DNA of 37,095 nt from Jimgerdemannia flammicorona (taxonomy: Eukaryota): the NCBI GenBank assembly GCA_003990765.1, contig RBNJ01000196.1, positions 1 through 37,095 on the forward strand, given 5' to 3'. Position 1 is the first letter of the stretch, and each line of letters begins with the position of its first letter. Made by a program: the position numbers and the translations under genes. This document shows, in pieces, positions 22,234-35,347 of this stretch. Below the pieces are notes generated by a model. The model searched no databases, was not told the DNA's origin, and saw only the letters and a program-made list of their open reading frames with translations.

Positions 22234-22640
22234 ATCCAGGTCAAGCTGCTTTCACCCTGGGCATAGCCACCTCTTGCACAAATAGAAGAATCAGTTGGTT
22301 ATGACCTCTGCCTCCCCTACCAAGCAAGAATCCGACCCAGAAGTACCAGGACTTTTGACCTACAGATCACACTCGCTATACCACCTGGGCATTATAGACA
22401 GTTGGTCTCAAGATCCTCATTGGCAACCAAAGGAGTCACAGTAGAAGGAGGAGTCATCGATCAGAACTACTGAGGTCCCTTGAAGGTCATCATCCGCAAT
22501 TCTAATAGAACCAGCTGATTCTTCAGTCCTATGGAAGCCATCTGCCAAATTCTGTTTATCAAGACATCACAGCTGACCATCCAAGAGGTAGACCAACTAG
22601 AAGATACCAACAGAGGACAAGGAGGCTTTGGAAGCACCAA
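22234..22640 (+). pseudogene. dUTPase domain within ORF1
   Basis: GYDL, IPPGHY, SRSSLATKG, GGVIDQNY(R)G, AICQ, RGQGGFGST: the trimeric dUTPase motifs in order. Confidence 0.9.
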
Positions 22641-23006
22641 TAGAAATCTATGGACACCACCTATTGAGGTTCATTTGGCAACAGTTGCTCAATTCCGACA
22701 AATGAGACCCCATATCTGCCGCCCAATCCGAGCAAGAGAAGACATCCTCCTGCAGCCCTACCAGCAAAAAGGCCTAGATGTGCACCTACCAGTAGAAGCA
22801 AACAACTTGATATTTGCACCATCACTGGAGCTTCAAAAGGAATACCACATCCTCCTGGCTGAAGAACGAATTCATGACCAGATGTCACCGATCCACATCC
22901 CTATCAGAAACTCGGGCTTCAAAGTAATAACTATCCCCAAGGGAACAACATTGGGATATTTTGAACCACTGATAGACACCTACAAGGAAGAAGTCTTCGA
23001 ATTCTT

Positions 23007-23061
23007 GGGAAACGGCAAGCCCTCTCCGGTGAGACTGACGGTACCAGGGAGGAAGACTCAG
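23007..23061 (+). promoter_or_regulatory. Programmed -1 ribosomal frameshift signal (G GGA AAC + stem/pseudoknot)
   Basis: The heptamer is in the correct phase of ORF1 and a -1 slip enters the RT frame. A 7-nt spacer is followed by stem 23021-30/23043-52. Confidence 0.75.
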
Positions 23062-24482
23062 CAAATTCAGCAATCAAAGCTATCGACATCGAGACAACTC
23101 TAACCAAAGACCAGCAACAACAAATACAGGAGTTGATAGAGGAGTACAAAGATATATTTACCACCACATACGATAACTTCCCACCATATCAATACAGAGA
23201 ACACCCTATACATACTGGAGATGCAAGACCAATCTGACAATAACCCTACTGAACACCACATCATCTGATTGAATTCGAACAACAACACATAGACGAAATG
23301 CTATGAAATGGAGTCATCAGACCATCATCAAGCCCCTGGGCCTCACCAGCAATTATAGTACCAAAGAAAGGAGGATGGAGATTAGTTGTGGATTTCAGAA
23401 AACTCAACAAAGTCACCACAGAAGATGCTTACCCACTGCCAAAAATTGATGACCTCATCAATGCCCTTGGAAAAGCCAAATACATGACCACTACCGACCA
23501 GTTCCAAGGATTCCAAGTAATACCTATTGCCAAAGAAGATATCTGCAAGACGGCCTTCATCACCAGACGAGGACAGTATGAATACCTATGAATGCCCTTT
23601 GGATTCTGCAATGCACCCACCTCATTCCAATGAATGATGAACCATGTCTACTGGGACCTCATTGGAAAAAATGTACTAGTGTACATAGATGATGTCATCA
23701 TCTACTCTGAGATATTCAAGCAGCATTTGCAAGACCTTCATGAAGTATTCAATACCATTCGAAATTCAGGACTCAGACTCAATGCCAAGAAGTGCTTCTT
23801 TGGAAAACATCAAGTCGAATATCTGGGATATGTTGTCTCAGCTCAAGGAACACATGCTGACCCCTGCAAGGTGGAGAAAGTCAAGAACTACCCAACCCCG
23901 ACCTCAGCAAAGGAGACCCTATCCTTCCTTATGCTGGCATCCTACTATCGGCGATTCATCCCAAGGTTTTCAGATAAGGCAGCACCTCTCTGAGATATCT
24001 CCAAGAAGGACCAACCATTCTACTGGAAAAAGGAACAACAAAAGTCATTCGACCTACTCAAGAAGGCCCTTACCGAAGCCCCTGTCCTGGTGTGACCAGA
24101 CTTTGGCAAACCATTCATCCTGGCAACTGATGCCTCAGCCTTAGGACTTGGATCAATTCTGTCTCAGCAAGATGACCAGAAGAGGGAGCATGTTATCAAA
24201 TATGCTAGCAAGGCCACAAATGAAATACAAGCAAACTATGGAGCCACTAAGTTGGAATGCCTGGCAGTAGTTTGGGTTATGGACCACTTCCGACACTATC
24301 TCTTGGGAAAGAGATTTGCCCTCATCACTGACCATCAAGCTCTACAATAGTTGTTCAATAAGCCGGAGCCCTCAGGAATCTTCGCTAGATGGATCATATC
24401 TCTGCAAGAATATCAGTTCACTATTGTCTACAAGAAAGGTGCTAAGAATTCCAATGTTGATACCCTGTCAAGAATCCCATGA
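23007..24482 (+). pseudogene. pol: Reverse transcriptase + RNase H
   Basis: SSSPWASP, DFRKLNKVT, YPLPKIDD, MPFG, YIDD (23682-93), LATDAS (~24126), NYGATKLECLAV, TDHQAL, DTLSR. Confidence 0.95.
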
Positions 24483-24537
24483 AACCAACAAGAAGGGAAG
24501 GAGCCCCCACAAGAAAGGCTGCTTCCCACTCACCCAA

Positions 24538-25758
24538 ATGAACCAAGAATTGCGCCTCGCCCTCACCTGGAGTCTGCACCATAGAAGCTTCAAGAAAGGA
24601 ATCCAACCAGCCCATAAGTTGTTTATCCAAAGGAATTTCAAGAAATTCCAAGAAGGTGATGGTGAACTTTGGAGAGTAGAAGGAGAGCAGTACACCCGAG
24701 TTCCAAGAGAAGAAGAAATATTGAAGATCCTGACAACAAATCATAACCAAAATGCACACCGAGGAATTGGTGCCACAATTGCAAGAATCAAGAAGCGATA
24801 CTGGTGGCCCAAGATGAGAAAACAAATTTCAACGCACATTCAACAATGTGATACCTGTCAAAGATACCAACAAAAGCCTACTGACAGAGCACCATTAATA
24901 CCAATTGCAGCACCAGCTGGAGCCTTTCAAAGACTAGGAATAGACATTATTAGACCTCTACCAGTAACCAGCCAAAGAAGATACTATATTCTCACTATCG
25001 AAGACCACCTGACAAAATGGCCTGAAGTCTTTGCCATCGAGACTGCTGATGCCCAGACAATTATTGGGATCCTGTATGATGAAATTTTCAGCCGCCATGG
25101 TGTGCCCAAGGAAATCATTACCGAATAAGGCCAAGAATTCGTCAACCAAGCCATGAAGACCTTTGCAAGCAACTTCAAGATCAAGCTATGACCAACAACA
25201 GCCTACCACCCACAGGCAAATGGACTCACTGAACGAATGAACCAGACCATCAAGCGAGGTCTCAGTAGAACCAGAGATCAACTAAACTGGGATATCTATC
25301 TACCGGCAATTCTGTTCAGCATCCATACCTCTAAGACAACTGCTACCCAACAGACCCCCTTCTATTTGGTGTATGGCCAAGAAGCACAAGATCCTACTGA
25401 ACCAGTCCAGCTAGATCTGTCAAAACGAGTCACAGAAGAGATCACCCGGTTACATGACATACGCCAGCAAGCACGAGGATTTATTGCCAAGGCACAAGAA
25501 CAACAAAAGAGGTACTATGACGGCAAAGCCGACCTCGAACCCCTGCTCATTGGACAAAAGGTTCTGGTGTACCATACCATCATAGAAGGAAATTGGAGTG
25601 CCAAGCTTGAACCGAAATGGGAAGGCCCCTATCTCATACACCAAGTATTCTCAAACCACACTTATCAACTCAAGACCTTGGATGGAGTTATACTCAAGAC
25701 CAAGATATATCACAACCACATAAGACTCTACTACTCAAGAGAAGCAAAATGCATTTGA
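24538..25758 (+). pseudogene. Integrase (HHCC zinc finger, core, GPY/F), in a different frame from RT/RH; may extend to 26022
   Basis: HRGIGAT, YWWPKM, CDTCQ, LGIDI, GVPKEIIT, TAYHPQANGLTERMN, WEGPY. No chromodomain seen. Confidence 0.92.
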
Positions 25759-26073
25759 ACAATCCTGTTCACTCTGTCTGTGTTGTCTCCACTGGAGATA
25801 CGATGGACGTTTTACTTGAAACTCAAGAAAGCCAACAACGTTGAAACCAGACTCAAGCCCATCCATGTGACAGACATTGTTACTAAGAAATTGCCTCAGA
25901 TTACAAGTAATACTATTTCCGATGGGTTCAAACCCCCAGCCGCAACTATGGGAGCCCTTGCCCTAGACAAGGATGGCCAGTCCTCACAAATGTGTCAGCA
26001 TTCTGCTCGTCCCTGGAGTTAAGACCACCCAACTCTGTGTAACCCTCACCGCCGAGGACGGCTCTAATTTTGC

Positions 26074-26083
26074 AAGGGGCAGA
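26074..26083 (+). promoter_or_regulatory. Polypurine tract
   Basis: AAGGGGCAGA immediately before the 3' LTR. Confidence 0.75.
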
Positions 26084-28444
26084 TATGACATACGCAATTG
26101 AAAATGGAGTCCTGGTGACTGCTAAGATCAGATGACATAATGGCATGATAATCAAATAGACAGCCTGACCTATTAGGTGACCATCCCAAAAGAAGGCAAG
26201 ATAATCCGAGCCAAAATGAAGATCATGTTATTTAAGGAACCATACTCTGCCTCAGGGATCAGCACCAAAGAACCAAGTACCCACCACACAATGCCTCCCA
26301 TTCGCCGATCCAACCAGACCTCCTGCCACTCTACCCCTTTGCCTGGCCCAAAGACCCTGATCTTTAAAGCTATCAAGAAGGCCATCTGGCGTCTAGATAC
26401 TTCTGAACACTTGAACTTCTACACTGAGGACCTTGGACACTTCATCAACTACTGGTATATAATGACCCAACAGCTCAAAGACACTACTGAACGAATGACC
26501 CTCTGGTATGACTATGAAATCGGACACCACCTTTGCAATGAGACTCAAGAAGGTGACCAGGAAGACCTCATTGCCAAAATGTTAACCACCAGCCAGCTAA
26601 TCAAGAGAGCCCTCTGTGTCCATCAAATCTTCCGCCATATTCCCTGGGCTATAGCATACTTGCAAGGAGTAACAGCTGGCAGCCTCTCCCACCTTTTAAC
26701 TGAAGATGCTGACTGGATAGAATCTGAAGTAGTGAATGCTATTGGCAGCAACTATATTACCATAGAAAGCCAACAAACCGAACCTACTCAGCCAGGTTTC
26801 CACACCACTCCACTCTGAGACAACCATCAAGGTCACCTAATGAGTCTTATGGAGATATTTGAAGGACCGCCCATTACCATAGAAGTACCCATTGGAGCTA
26901 CTCCAACCACCCACCACCTTGTCAGCCACAATTCACACCTCATCATTTGGGAACCGAATCAAGAAGAAGCCTAAGAAGTTTCTGTCTTTAAAGAGGAGGC
27001 CCAAGAACTCCAAGACCCTGCCCCTGAAGAAACCCCCTCTGACACTGAAACTGATGAGTCTTCAGAAGAAAAAGAGGAGCAACAGAGAGTCTACCAGTCC
27101 TCTGTCCACATTCAAGCTGTTCAAGGGTTGGAGAATGTTGTTGAAGATGACTGGCCACTTTTCTACCCCCTCACCTCTTGGCCGGCGCTTCCCCCCTTTG
27201 AGGAGAGATATGATGAAGAAGAAATCACAACTCAGCAAGATTTGCCTGCCACAGATGAAGGGTACTATTTCCTCTAGAGTACCACCCATCAGCTGTGAGA
27301 ACCCAGCTTTTGTCAGCAAGTCCATTTCTAGTGTTGCTACCCAGTACTACTGTTTTCAGCATTTTGTCAGCAGATCCGAATTCAGCGTTGCCCCCCTCCA
27401 CAACCATTTCTGGCAACAATCATCATATTATGTCAGCTCATCTGAATTCAGCATTGCTATCCAGTGCCGCCATTTTCAGCATTTTGTCAGCAAGTCCGAA
27501 TTCAGCATTGCTATCCACTACAACCCAATCCGTAGTAAACAATAGCCTGCACCTCGCATTGTGCAAACCAATAGCATAAGTTTGCCACAACGTAGTATAC
27601 CTTAGCCTTAGTCATGCCCCCTCCCCCATAGCTAGCAAACTTGTATAAATAACCCATATTCTTAGAGTGAATAAACCTCAGCCAGTTTGTGTTTAAAAGT
27701 AAAAAGGAATTACTGAGAAACCTCACTGCCTCCAAGAGACCAGATAAATTCTGAGAACAAGATAACAACCTAGAGCAATGGATTGCTCGGAAGTTTGAGT
27801 TAAAGAATTTTCTCTTGCCATGGAAAGAAAACATTACCCGACCACCACCATTCGGACTGCCACTCAACTGCCATTCGAGACCCAAGTGACCCAGCCAAGG
27901 ATTCAAGAACCGCCACCATTTGAGTCTGCCATTTGCCGCCATTTGAGATTCAAGACCCCGAAAAGCCAAGGAACTCAAGGATACCAATACAAGACCCACC
28001 AGCTAGCAAGAACAACTGCCAGGAACCCTTTTAAGTTAACAAGTCAAGATGGACAAGTGAGCTGTCAACCTCCACTTCTCTGATTCCCAACCTACTGCGC
28101 CACGAACCGCTTAAATTCAAGTCCGCCATCATTGCCAAGGTAATCGACTGCATATTCCGCTAAGTTTATCGCCGCCAGCACACCCAAGTAATCGCCCTCT
28201 GTTAGTAACAACACCTTTTTCTGCTGAATATTGAGCCATTGAACAATCGAGTGTCCTCATTATCAACCACAATCGTTGAACAACTGAATGACCTGTTATC
28301 AATTACCGCATGAATTGAACGACCCATCACATGACCATCGACCCGTAACCACCGCGAACACACTCAGTTATACATCGCGCACTTCGCCAAGTGGCACACA
28401 TTGAGCCATATAGTCGAAGTTCAGTTTACATAACCAATGCCACA
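26084..28444 (+). repeat. 3' LTR (2361 nt; terminal TG mutated to TA)
   Basis: TATGACA...GCCACA; 26 nt shorter than the 5' LTR because one internal repeat unit near 27845 is missing. Confidence 0.95.
26216..27277 (+). pseudogene. LTR-encoded ORF, 3' copy
   Basis: Stops at 26816 (TGA) and 26972 (TAA) are CGA/CAA in the 5' copy; the terminal TAG is shared. Confidence 0.75.
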
Positions 28445-28680
28445 ATATATATATAAAATATAAATTAATTTTATATCATAATTTAAATAATATACTTAAT
28501 TATATTAAGTAATTATATAATTATTAAAAAATAATATAAGTAAACTAATAGTAGTATAATGAATTATTATAAGTTTTTGAAATTTTCAACTAGTAGTTAT
28601 AGTTACTTAAAAGTAATATAACTATATATAGATATACCCAGTATACTATATTTAGTTATAGCCTTAAAATAGACAATACT

Positions 28681-29075
28681 TGGCTCACTATAGGGTGGGT
28701 TTTAGCAGTGTGGGTAGGACTGGCTGGTCATTGGCTCTTTGTTTTTGAGGAGAGGTGACAGATGAGTTTATAGGAGAAGTTGTTAAGGTGGGAGGGGTTG
28801 ATGGGAGATCTGCTGACTGAGTGGTGAATGGGTTGGGGTCCCCAGGGTAGGTGATGTTACAGTTTGGTAGAAAGAATCTGTAAACAGAGTAGTGGGTGGG
28901 TGGAGATAGTGTTAGACAAAGTGGCCTTTAATAGAGTAAGAGTAAGAGGGGGGGGGTCCTCCTAGGGAGATTGGATGAGGGGTGAGCTTAATGTATTTAT
29001 ATGGAATAGATGGGTATTAATAAAGAAAGAAGTCCAGGTGACTATAAAAAAATAAAAAATAAAAAATAAAAAAAA
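28681..29075 (+). mobile_element. 5'-truncated LINE 3' end with A-rich tail (same family as 1-5550)
   Basis: Matches the reverse complement of ~1-380 (e.g. gtattaataaag.aag.agtcca.g.gactataaaaaaa). Confidence 0.85.
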
Positions 29076-31449
29076 TATAGTCTTAAAATATATATAAATA
29101 CTCTCTATACTGAGTATATTATAACCTTAGCTCTACTTTTCTCAAATATAAGAATAAAGTAATATTCTTATTATAGAAACCTCTCAGATCTAACTTGTAA
29201 ATAATTCTAAGCTTAATCAACTTAAGATATAAGCATAGTTATTTTACCAGTATCAGAATCAAAAGTGATACTTGGACTCTACTACATTAGATAACTAGAA
29301 CTCAGTACTTTCTTAAGAACTCAGAACTTAGAGCCAATAGTTCTATTAATTATCTGTAATGTAGTAATTCTATTAACATATAGTTTTATTATAATTTAAT
29401 AGTAGCAGATAGTTACTTCCCATCTATGAGCAATCTTTCTTCAAAGAATCTACTATGAATAATCAGAATTGACTAATATTACCAACTATAAGTATACAAT
29501 CTCTAAGCCACTGAAATCACACATCACTCTCAGAACAAATCTGAAAATCATCTGTCAGATCATGAAGCTGAGTCAAACTAAAGTTATAGATCATGAAACT
29601 GAGTCAACTTGAAGTTATAGAATACAAAATATATAAAAATGAGACCTTACTAATCAGAACTGAAAGTATATATGTATACTAAATATATTATATGTCAAAA
29701 TAGAGAACTGCAACAAACTAAATAACAACCATAACTCTCAAATATATATTCAGCTATGACTATTGAAGTCTATAACTACATCTATACTGATATTTGAAAT
29801 ACCATTATTAACTGAGTCACAGTATCTCTATCTCTCATAAATATTCATAGCCTAACATTTTTCTATTTTATGAAAGCTCAATGGAATGCCCTGAACATAC
29901 TTAGCAAGGTCTACTAAATTGGACAAATCTCAAGCTATAACCAGATCAGCTGTCTTCTAGAAGATATGATTAACCATTACTACAATACAGATATTACCAA
30001 AATATCTATACACCAGAAACTCATCACCCATAAATATCAAGAACTCTTTTATAAGTATAGTACCTTTATTCTCTACCTTTGAGTTACTATTACTGAAATG
30101 GTTACTACTCTGACCTATGGCCAAATTGATGATATGATATAAGAACTCAACTACAAATATATTAAGTATATTTAAATTACAGATAGGCTCTTTTTGTATC
30201 CAGATGACTATATTCTGCAAATGTCTCAAGTTAGATATATTATAAAAGATGTCTATGATATAATTTAGTTCAATAATAACAAAGCAGAAGATAATAATCT
30301 CTCTGATACTGACATGATCTCTAGTCAAGAATCTTTATCAATATTGATCACTCTGCCAATCTTACTAATGAACTTATAACAGTTCATAACTATATATGAG
30401 ACCTATTGAGATAATGACTATTGATATAAGTATCAATCTACATTTATATCTGACTACTTCAACCATAATGAAGAGACTAAAGAATACAACCTATATCTCT
30501 AGACAACTCTTAAGATAGAACTAACAACTCTACCTCTTAAGTATAAGTGAAATAAAGTATAGCTACTAGTATACTACAATCTTGCAACACATAGTACCAT
30601 AACTTATCAAAGGTATGCTGATAGCAAATCTGATAAAAGTGAAGATGATATACTCCTTCTCTACTCACTAATATTATACCCAGTATATGAGACAGATGAT
30701 ACCATCTTATGGACCAGTGATATGGTTCCACCTATTACTATATAAATGAACAGAGAAATATAATCCAAGAACTACTCTTTCTAGAAAACTACTTTATTAG
30801 AGATAATGTCATTAATAATAATCTCATCAAAGAGTATCCAGATAGTATCTAACTCTATAAATAGTATAGCAGTTATTAGTATAGTTAGATTAGCCTTATA
30901 CTATAACTGTATACTAACTTAGCAATCAGTCAATCTCTTGATATATCAGTTCACACTTATACTATGTAACTGTATTCTGACTTATCAAAGTACTAAATAC
31001 TATATCTATATTTAGTATAGTCTAGATAGCCACTCATTAGTATAAATATCCACTCTCTCAGATCTCAGAAACTCAGATAAGAATATAGATACAAATAAGT
31101 CAAGAATACTTCCCTATATAAATATCTCATCACATATATACTACTTCTAGTATTAGTCAATAATAATATTATAAATAGTGAATAAACCTATTCTATAATC
31201 CACAAACTACTCTTAAGTAAATCTATATCCTGTTAAATCCTACTTCTAACCAGATTCTGAAATTTTCTAATTGAGTATTATTTGCAGTAATATACTAATT
31301 CAACTAAACTGGTCTTAGTTTCTTAAACTTCTTGAAATATGGAAAATTCTGAATATCTAGAATAAGTCTAAAAAAGGACTTTGGTTGAGATATCAATCCA
31401 ATCTTGAAATCAATAAGCATAGAGGATATACTTCATATGAAATTGATCT

Positions 31450-34430
31450 TGACCTTAAGAAAATAGTCTTTCAGAACTATATAACAGTATCTAATAGAAC
31501 ATCCTCTAATAACTTAGTAGTAGCAGTTTATAATTCAATTCCACTTTAAGATACTTTCTTATCTAGCTATAACCCTTTAGAAATTTCTATGAGTTGGTAT
31601 TAAGCTCAATTACTGAACTGGAATTTTTCTAAACTATCTGACAATCTGGAGCAAATTGAATCTAATATATAAGAACAATTAGACCTCCACACCTACAACA
31701 AGTGAGACAAGCTTTATATATATAAAGAAGTACTCTAATTAAATCAGCAGATAGGCAAAACCCTATTTACTAACCTTCTTGTTTTATATCCTACAAGTCA
31801 AGACAAAGAAGGTCTTATAGAAGTCTTCTTTACTCTTCTCAATAAGAGTTTTATAAGCTTTACAAATCCAAGTGACCTAGGACAACTAGTAGCTACATAT
31901 CTTCCTAGTCTTAGTTTCTCATAAAGTATAAGCCTTTGTAGCCAAGTGGCTCAACTTTACTAACTACCATTATACTAGAACCAATTCTATCTTGAAAACA
32001 ATTCAATAACAAGGAAAAATCTTAGACAAATTCTAAACTCACTCAGCCAAGTACCTTCAAGAAACTCACTGAAGGAGAAATAAATGAACTTTAAAGAAGT
32101 GGAGTATGCTTCTATTGCTGAAAGACAGGATATATGGCTAGTATCTGCTCTAACTGAAAGCCCCAAACAGCAATATGAGCAACTGTTACTACTTTGCATT
32201 ATCTCAATAATCTGACTACCAAGATATTAGACTTTGTTAAGTTAAGAACAATAGCTATGACTCCAACCAATAGAAGTCAAAAAGCAATCAGATATGACCT
32301 ATATATAGCTAAAAAAGCTACAGTTTCCAACTGAGAAATCAAGCAAGTCTATATAGAAACCAACATTCAAATTCTTAAGAGACATGTTAGAAGGATATAC
32401 TGTTATAGTAGTCTAGCATTAAAAGGACTCTCAGTAGAAAGAGAAGTCATTGATAAAGATTACACAAACAAAATTATTGTTCTCATCCAAAACCCTAGCT
32501 GGACACTATTTAAGATCCCTATTGGATATTATATTACTCAGATCTTATTTGAGAAAATCAAATCAACTCTGACAGTTAAGAAAGTTCTAAAACTATTATC
32601 TACCATCTGAGGATATAAAGGATTTAGCTCATCAAACAAAGCTCCAGTCCAACCTACTATAAATAAGAAGGAATAATTCTACAAAAAATTGAAGATAGAT
32701 TTGTACTAAGTGGTTGATATCTCTATAGCATTGGATTGTACTCTTTCTGAATGATTGATAATTACTTCTTATATTCAATGAGTTGGTCCAATAGAGAGCC
32801 AATAGAAGGAAACCTCCTATAACTGAAATCACTACTATTGGATCAGACAAACTACTTACCCTTCAAGCTTTTATTAATCAAGCACCTATTAAGATCATGA
32901 TAGATAGTAGTGTCTTAGATAATTTCATCAATGAGCAAATAGCCAACAGACTTAAGGTTCTGATCTCTCTAGTATAGCAAACCCAAACAGTCGCTACTAT
33001 AGATAAAACCTCACATATATATTATTAGTAAGAAAGTCTACAACCTACTCTTCAGAATCAGTGACTACTGTATATATATATATTTCTCTCTAAATCATAC
33101 CACTTCCTGACAATGAGATCATCCTTAGGACTCTATGGTTAAAACAAGAGAACTCTATAATTAATTGTGTAAACCATTCTCTAACTAACAAGAAAGAACA
33201 CCACAACTTCAAACTACAAGATAAAAGAGACCCACTTAATTCAAGTAACCTAGGCTCAAAGATCATCTATATTATAAATTACAACTCAAGAAATTAGCCA
33301 AGAAATGCCCTCTCTTTACTATCTCTATATGACTATCTAAAGGAGAATCTGAGAACCTTGAGGAAAACTTTTCCAAAGTCAACAATCATATTAGACCCTT
33401 ACTCTAGAAATTCCAAGACATATTTCTAAAGAAACCTCTAAAAGATCTACCACCTAAACAAGCAGTTGACCATACAATCAAAACCATACCAGATACTAAG
33501 CCAGCCTTCAAGTCAATCTATCATATATCTCTTAGAGAAATTGATATATTTAAAAAAGAGATTAATGAACTTCTAGAACAAGGATTCATTAGATCTAGTA
33601 TATTACTATATGATACACCAGTTCTCTTTATTGTCAAGAAAGGAAGAGATCTATGAATATATATTGATTACTAAGATCTCAATAAGCAGACTATCAAAAA
33701 CTGTTGCCCACTATTCTGAATCAATGAAATATTTAATAGGCTTATGAATTCACAATTTATGAGCTCTTTTAACCTATGAAATTACTACTTGAAAATTGCC
33801 ATAAAAGAAGAAGACATTATCAAAACTGTCTTTTGAACTTACTATGAATATTTTAAGTTTCTAGTTATGCTCTTTGACTTAACTAATACTCCTACAACCT
33901 TTCAGACTCTAATGATACTATTTTATACTCATACCTAGACAAATTTGTTATTATCTATATTGATGATGTCTTAGTCTTTAGCAAAACTCTGGAGAAATAT
34001 CTTGAACATCTTGAACTAGTACTATTAAAGCTTTGAGAAACTGACTCTTTGTAAAACTCAGTAAATGTAAATTTCTCCTAAAGAAAATTCAATTTTTTAG
34101 ATATATTATCACTCTCAATAAAATCAAAGTAACTCCAGCAAAATCTCTGCAATCAAGGAATAGCCCAGACCCAAGAAGCTGAAAGACCTTCAGTCATTTC
34201 TAGGACTAGTAGACTATTATAGGTAATTTGTCACAAACTTTGCCAAGATTGCTACTGCTCTTACTCAACTGACTAAGTATAGTAAAAAAAAAGACAGCCC
34301 TGGACCACAAAGTAAGAAAAAGACTTCAACAATCTTGTAAATTAGAGATCTAAATAAGATACAGCCTTTTAAGCCCTAAAAGATACCCTAATAACTGCCA
34401 CAGTACTTCAAGTAGCAAATTCTGCCCTTA
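31450..34430 (+). mobile_element. Heavily decayed second Ty3/Gypsy element (gag?-dUTPase-protease-RT), 3'-truncated
   Basis: dUTPase remnant 32224-32640 (YDLY, SSLALKG, VIDKDY, GFSSS); protease IMIDSSVLDNFI ~32900; RT PVLFIVKKG ~33620, DLNKQTIKN, YIDD 33956-67, LQSFLGL ~34190. The 5' boundary is unknown and may extend to ~29100. Confidence 0.85.
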
Positions 34431-35180
34431 CTATACTGCACTCTGTCCAGAGCCTCTACTCTCTCTCAGGGCCACTATAAGAGCCACTCTCTTCTTCCCT
34501 ACCCAAGTACTAGCCCTCAATCCAACTTCTTCAGTAGTATTCTCTCTCTCTGCTCTTTTGCTCAGATTTGTCAACAAATCTTTCTGATGCTATCTCCCTT
34601 ATACCCTCTTCCAGGCTGCTTGATCCAGTCACACTCTCTTGCCATTCACAATCTCTACCACTTTCTTAATCTCAAACTCCTTTCAGGCCAACCATCTCTT
34701 CTCTACTGCTTCAGCCAGATCTTTCAATATCTTTAGCAAATTCTCCTCCTTCTCTAGCATTCTCTTCACTCTCAAGACCTTGTACTTCACTAGCCTCTAC
34801 TTAAGTACTACTGGCTAATACCTTTCTTTTCTAATATTCTTCTTATCTACCAGCCTTACCCTGATATCTACATCTCTAGTTCTGAACTCTATACCTTCTC
34901 AGACCCAAAATCCAACATCTACCACATCTCTATACTTCTTGATAATATCAACAATCAGCCCCCTGACCTCCTCTTTCTTCACTATAGGTATATTTGCCAC
35001 CATTAGCTATACTACCCAGAGATTCCAGCATAAGTACCAAGTCATAGAGATTGCTACTTCTTCTACTACCACTCCTTTCTCCAATGCTCTCAACATCAAC
35101 TCCTCCTCCTTGAAGCTCACTTTTACTCCTTTCAGTCTCTTTAAGAACTTCACTGAGGCTGCTCCTTTCACCTCCTAGAC
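34430..35180 (-). mobile_element. LINE ORF1 fragment
   Basis: Colinear similarity to ~4440-5170 (e.g. ctctttaagaacttcactgaggctgct vs ctcttcagaaacttcactaaggcagct). Confidence 0.65.
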
Positions 35181-35347
35181 CAGGTGCTGAAGTGTATGAG
35201 GTTTTTCCAGAGTTTAGACAATCTTTGATCAGTCTGGTTAGAGGGGAGTCAGGCAGCTATTCTGGTGAATAGATACAGAGGAGAGTCCTTCTCTCTGGGC
35301 AGAGAAGTGCCATAGGGGGACCCACTGTCACTGATTCTTATGCCCTC

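Larger units (their letters stand above)
18277..23103 (+). pseudogene. gag: ORF1: Gag (capsid, zinc knuckle) - aspartic protease - Cys-rich region - dUTPase, one frame with point-mutation stops
   Basis: Track ORFs 18277, 19414, 19714, 20371, 20899, 21415, 22003 and 22531 share one frame. Motifs: capsid-like MSYLQKFHGADNEDIEEFF (ATG 19102), knuckle (Y)FSCGNQGHIQKNC 20032-20073, ILVDTGA (D at 20809), DLILGTDWL. Confidence 0.9.
15821..28444 (+). mobile_element. Full-length Ty3/Gypsy LTR retrotransposon (~12.6 kb), inactivated by point mutations
   Basis: Paired LTRs (TG...CA), PBS, PPT, domain order gag-PR-dUTPase-RT-RH-IN, flanked by ATATAT on both sides (15815-20, 28445-50). Confidence 0.97.
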
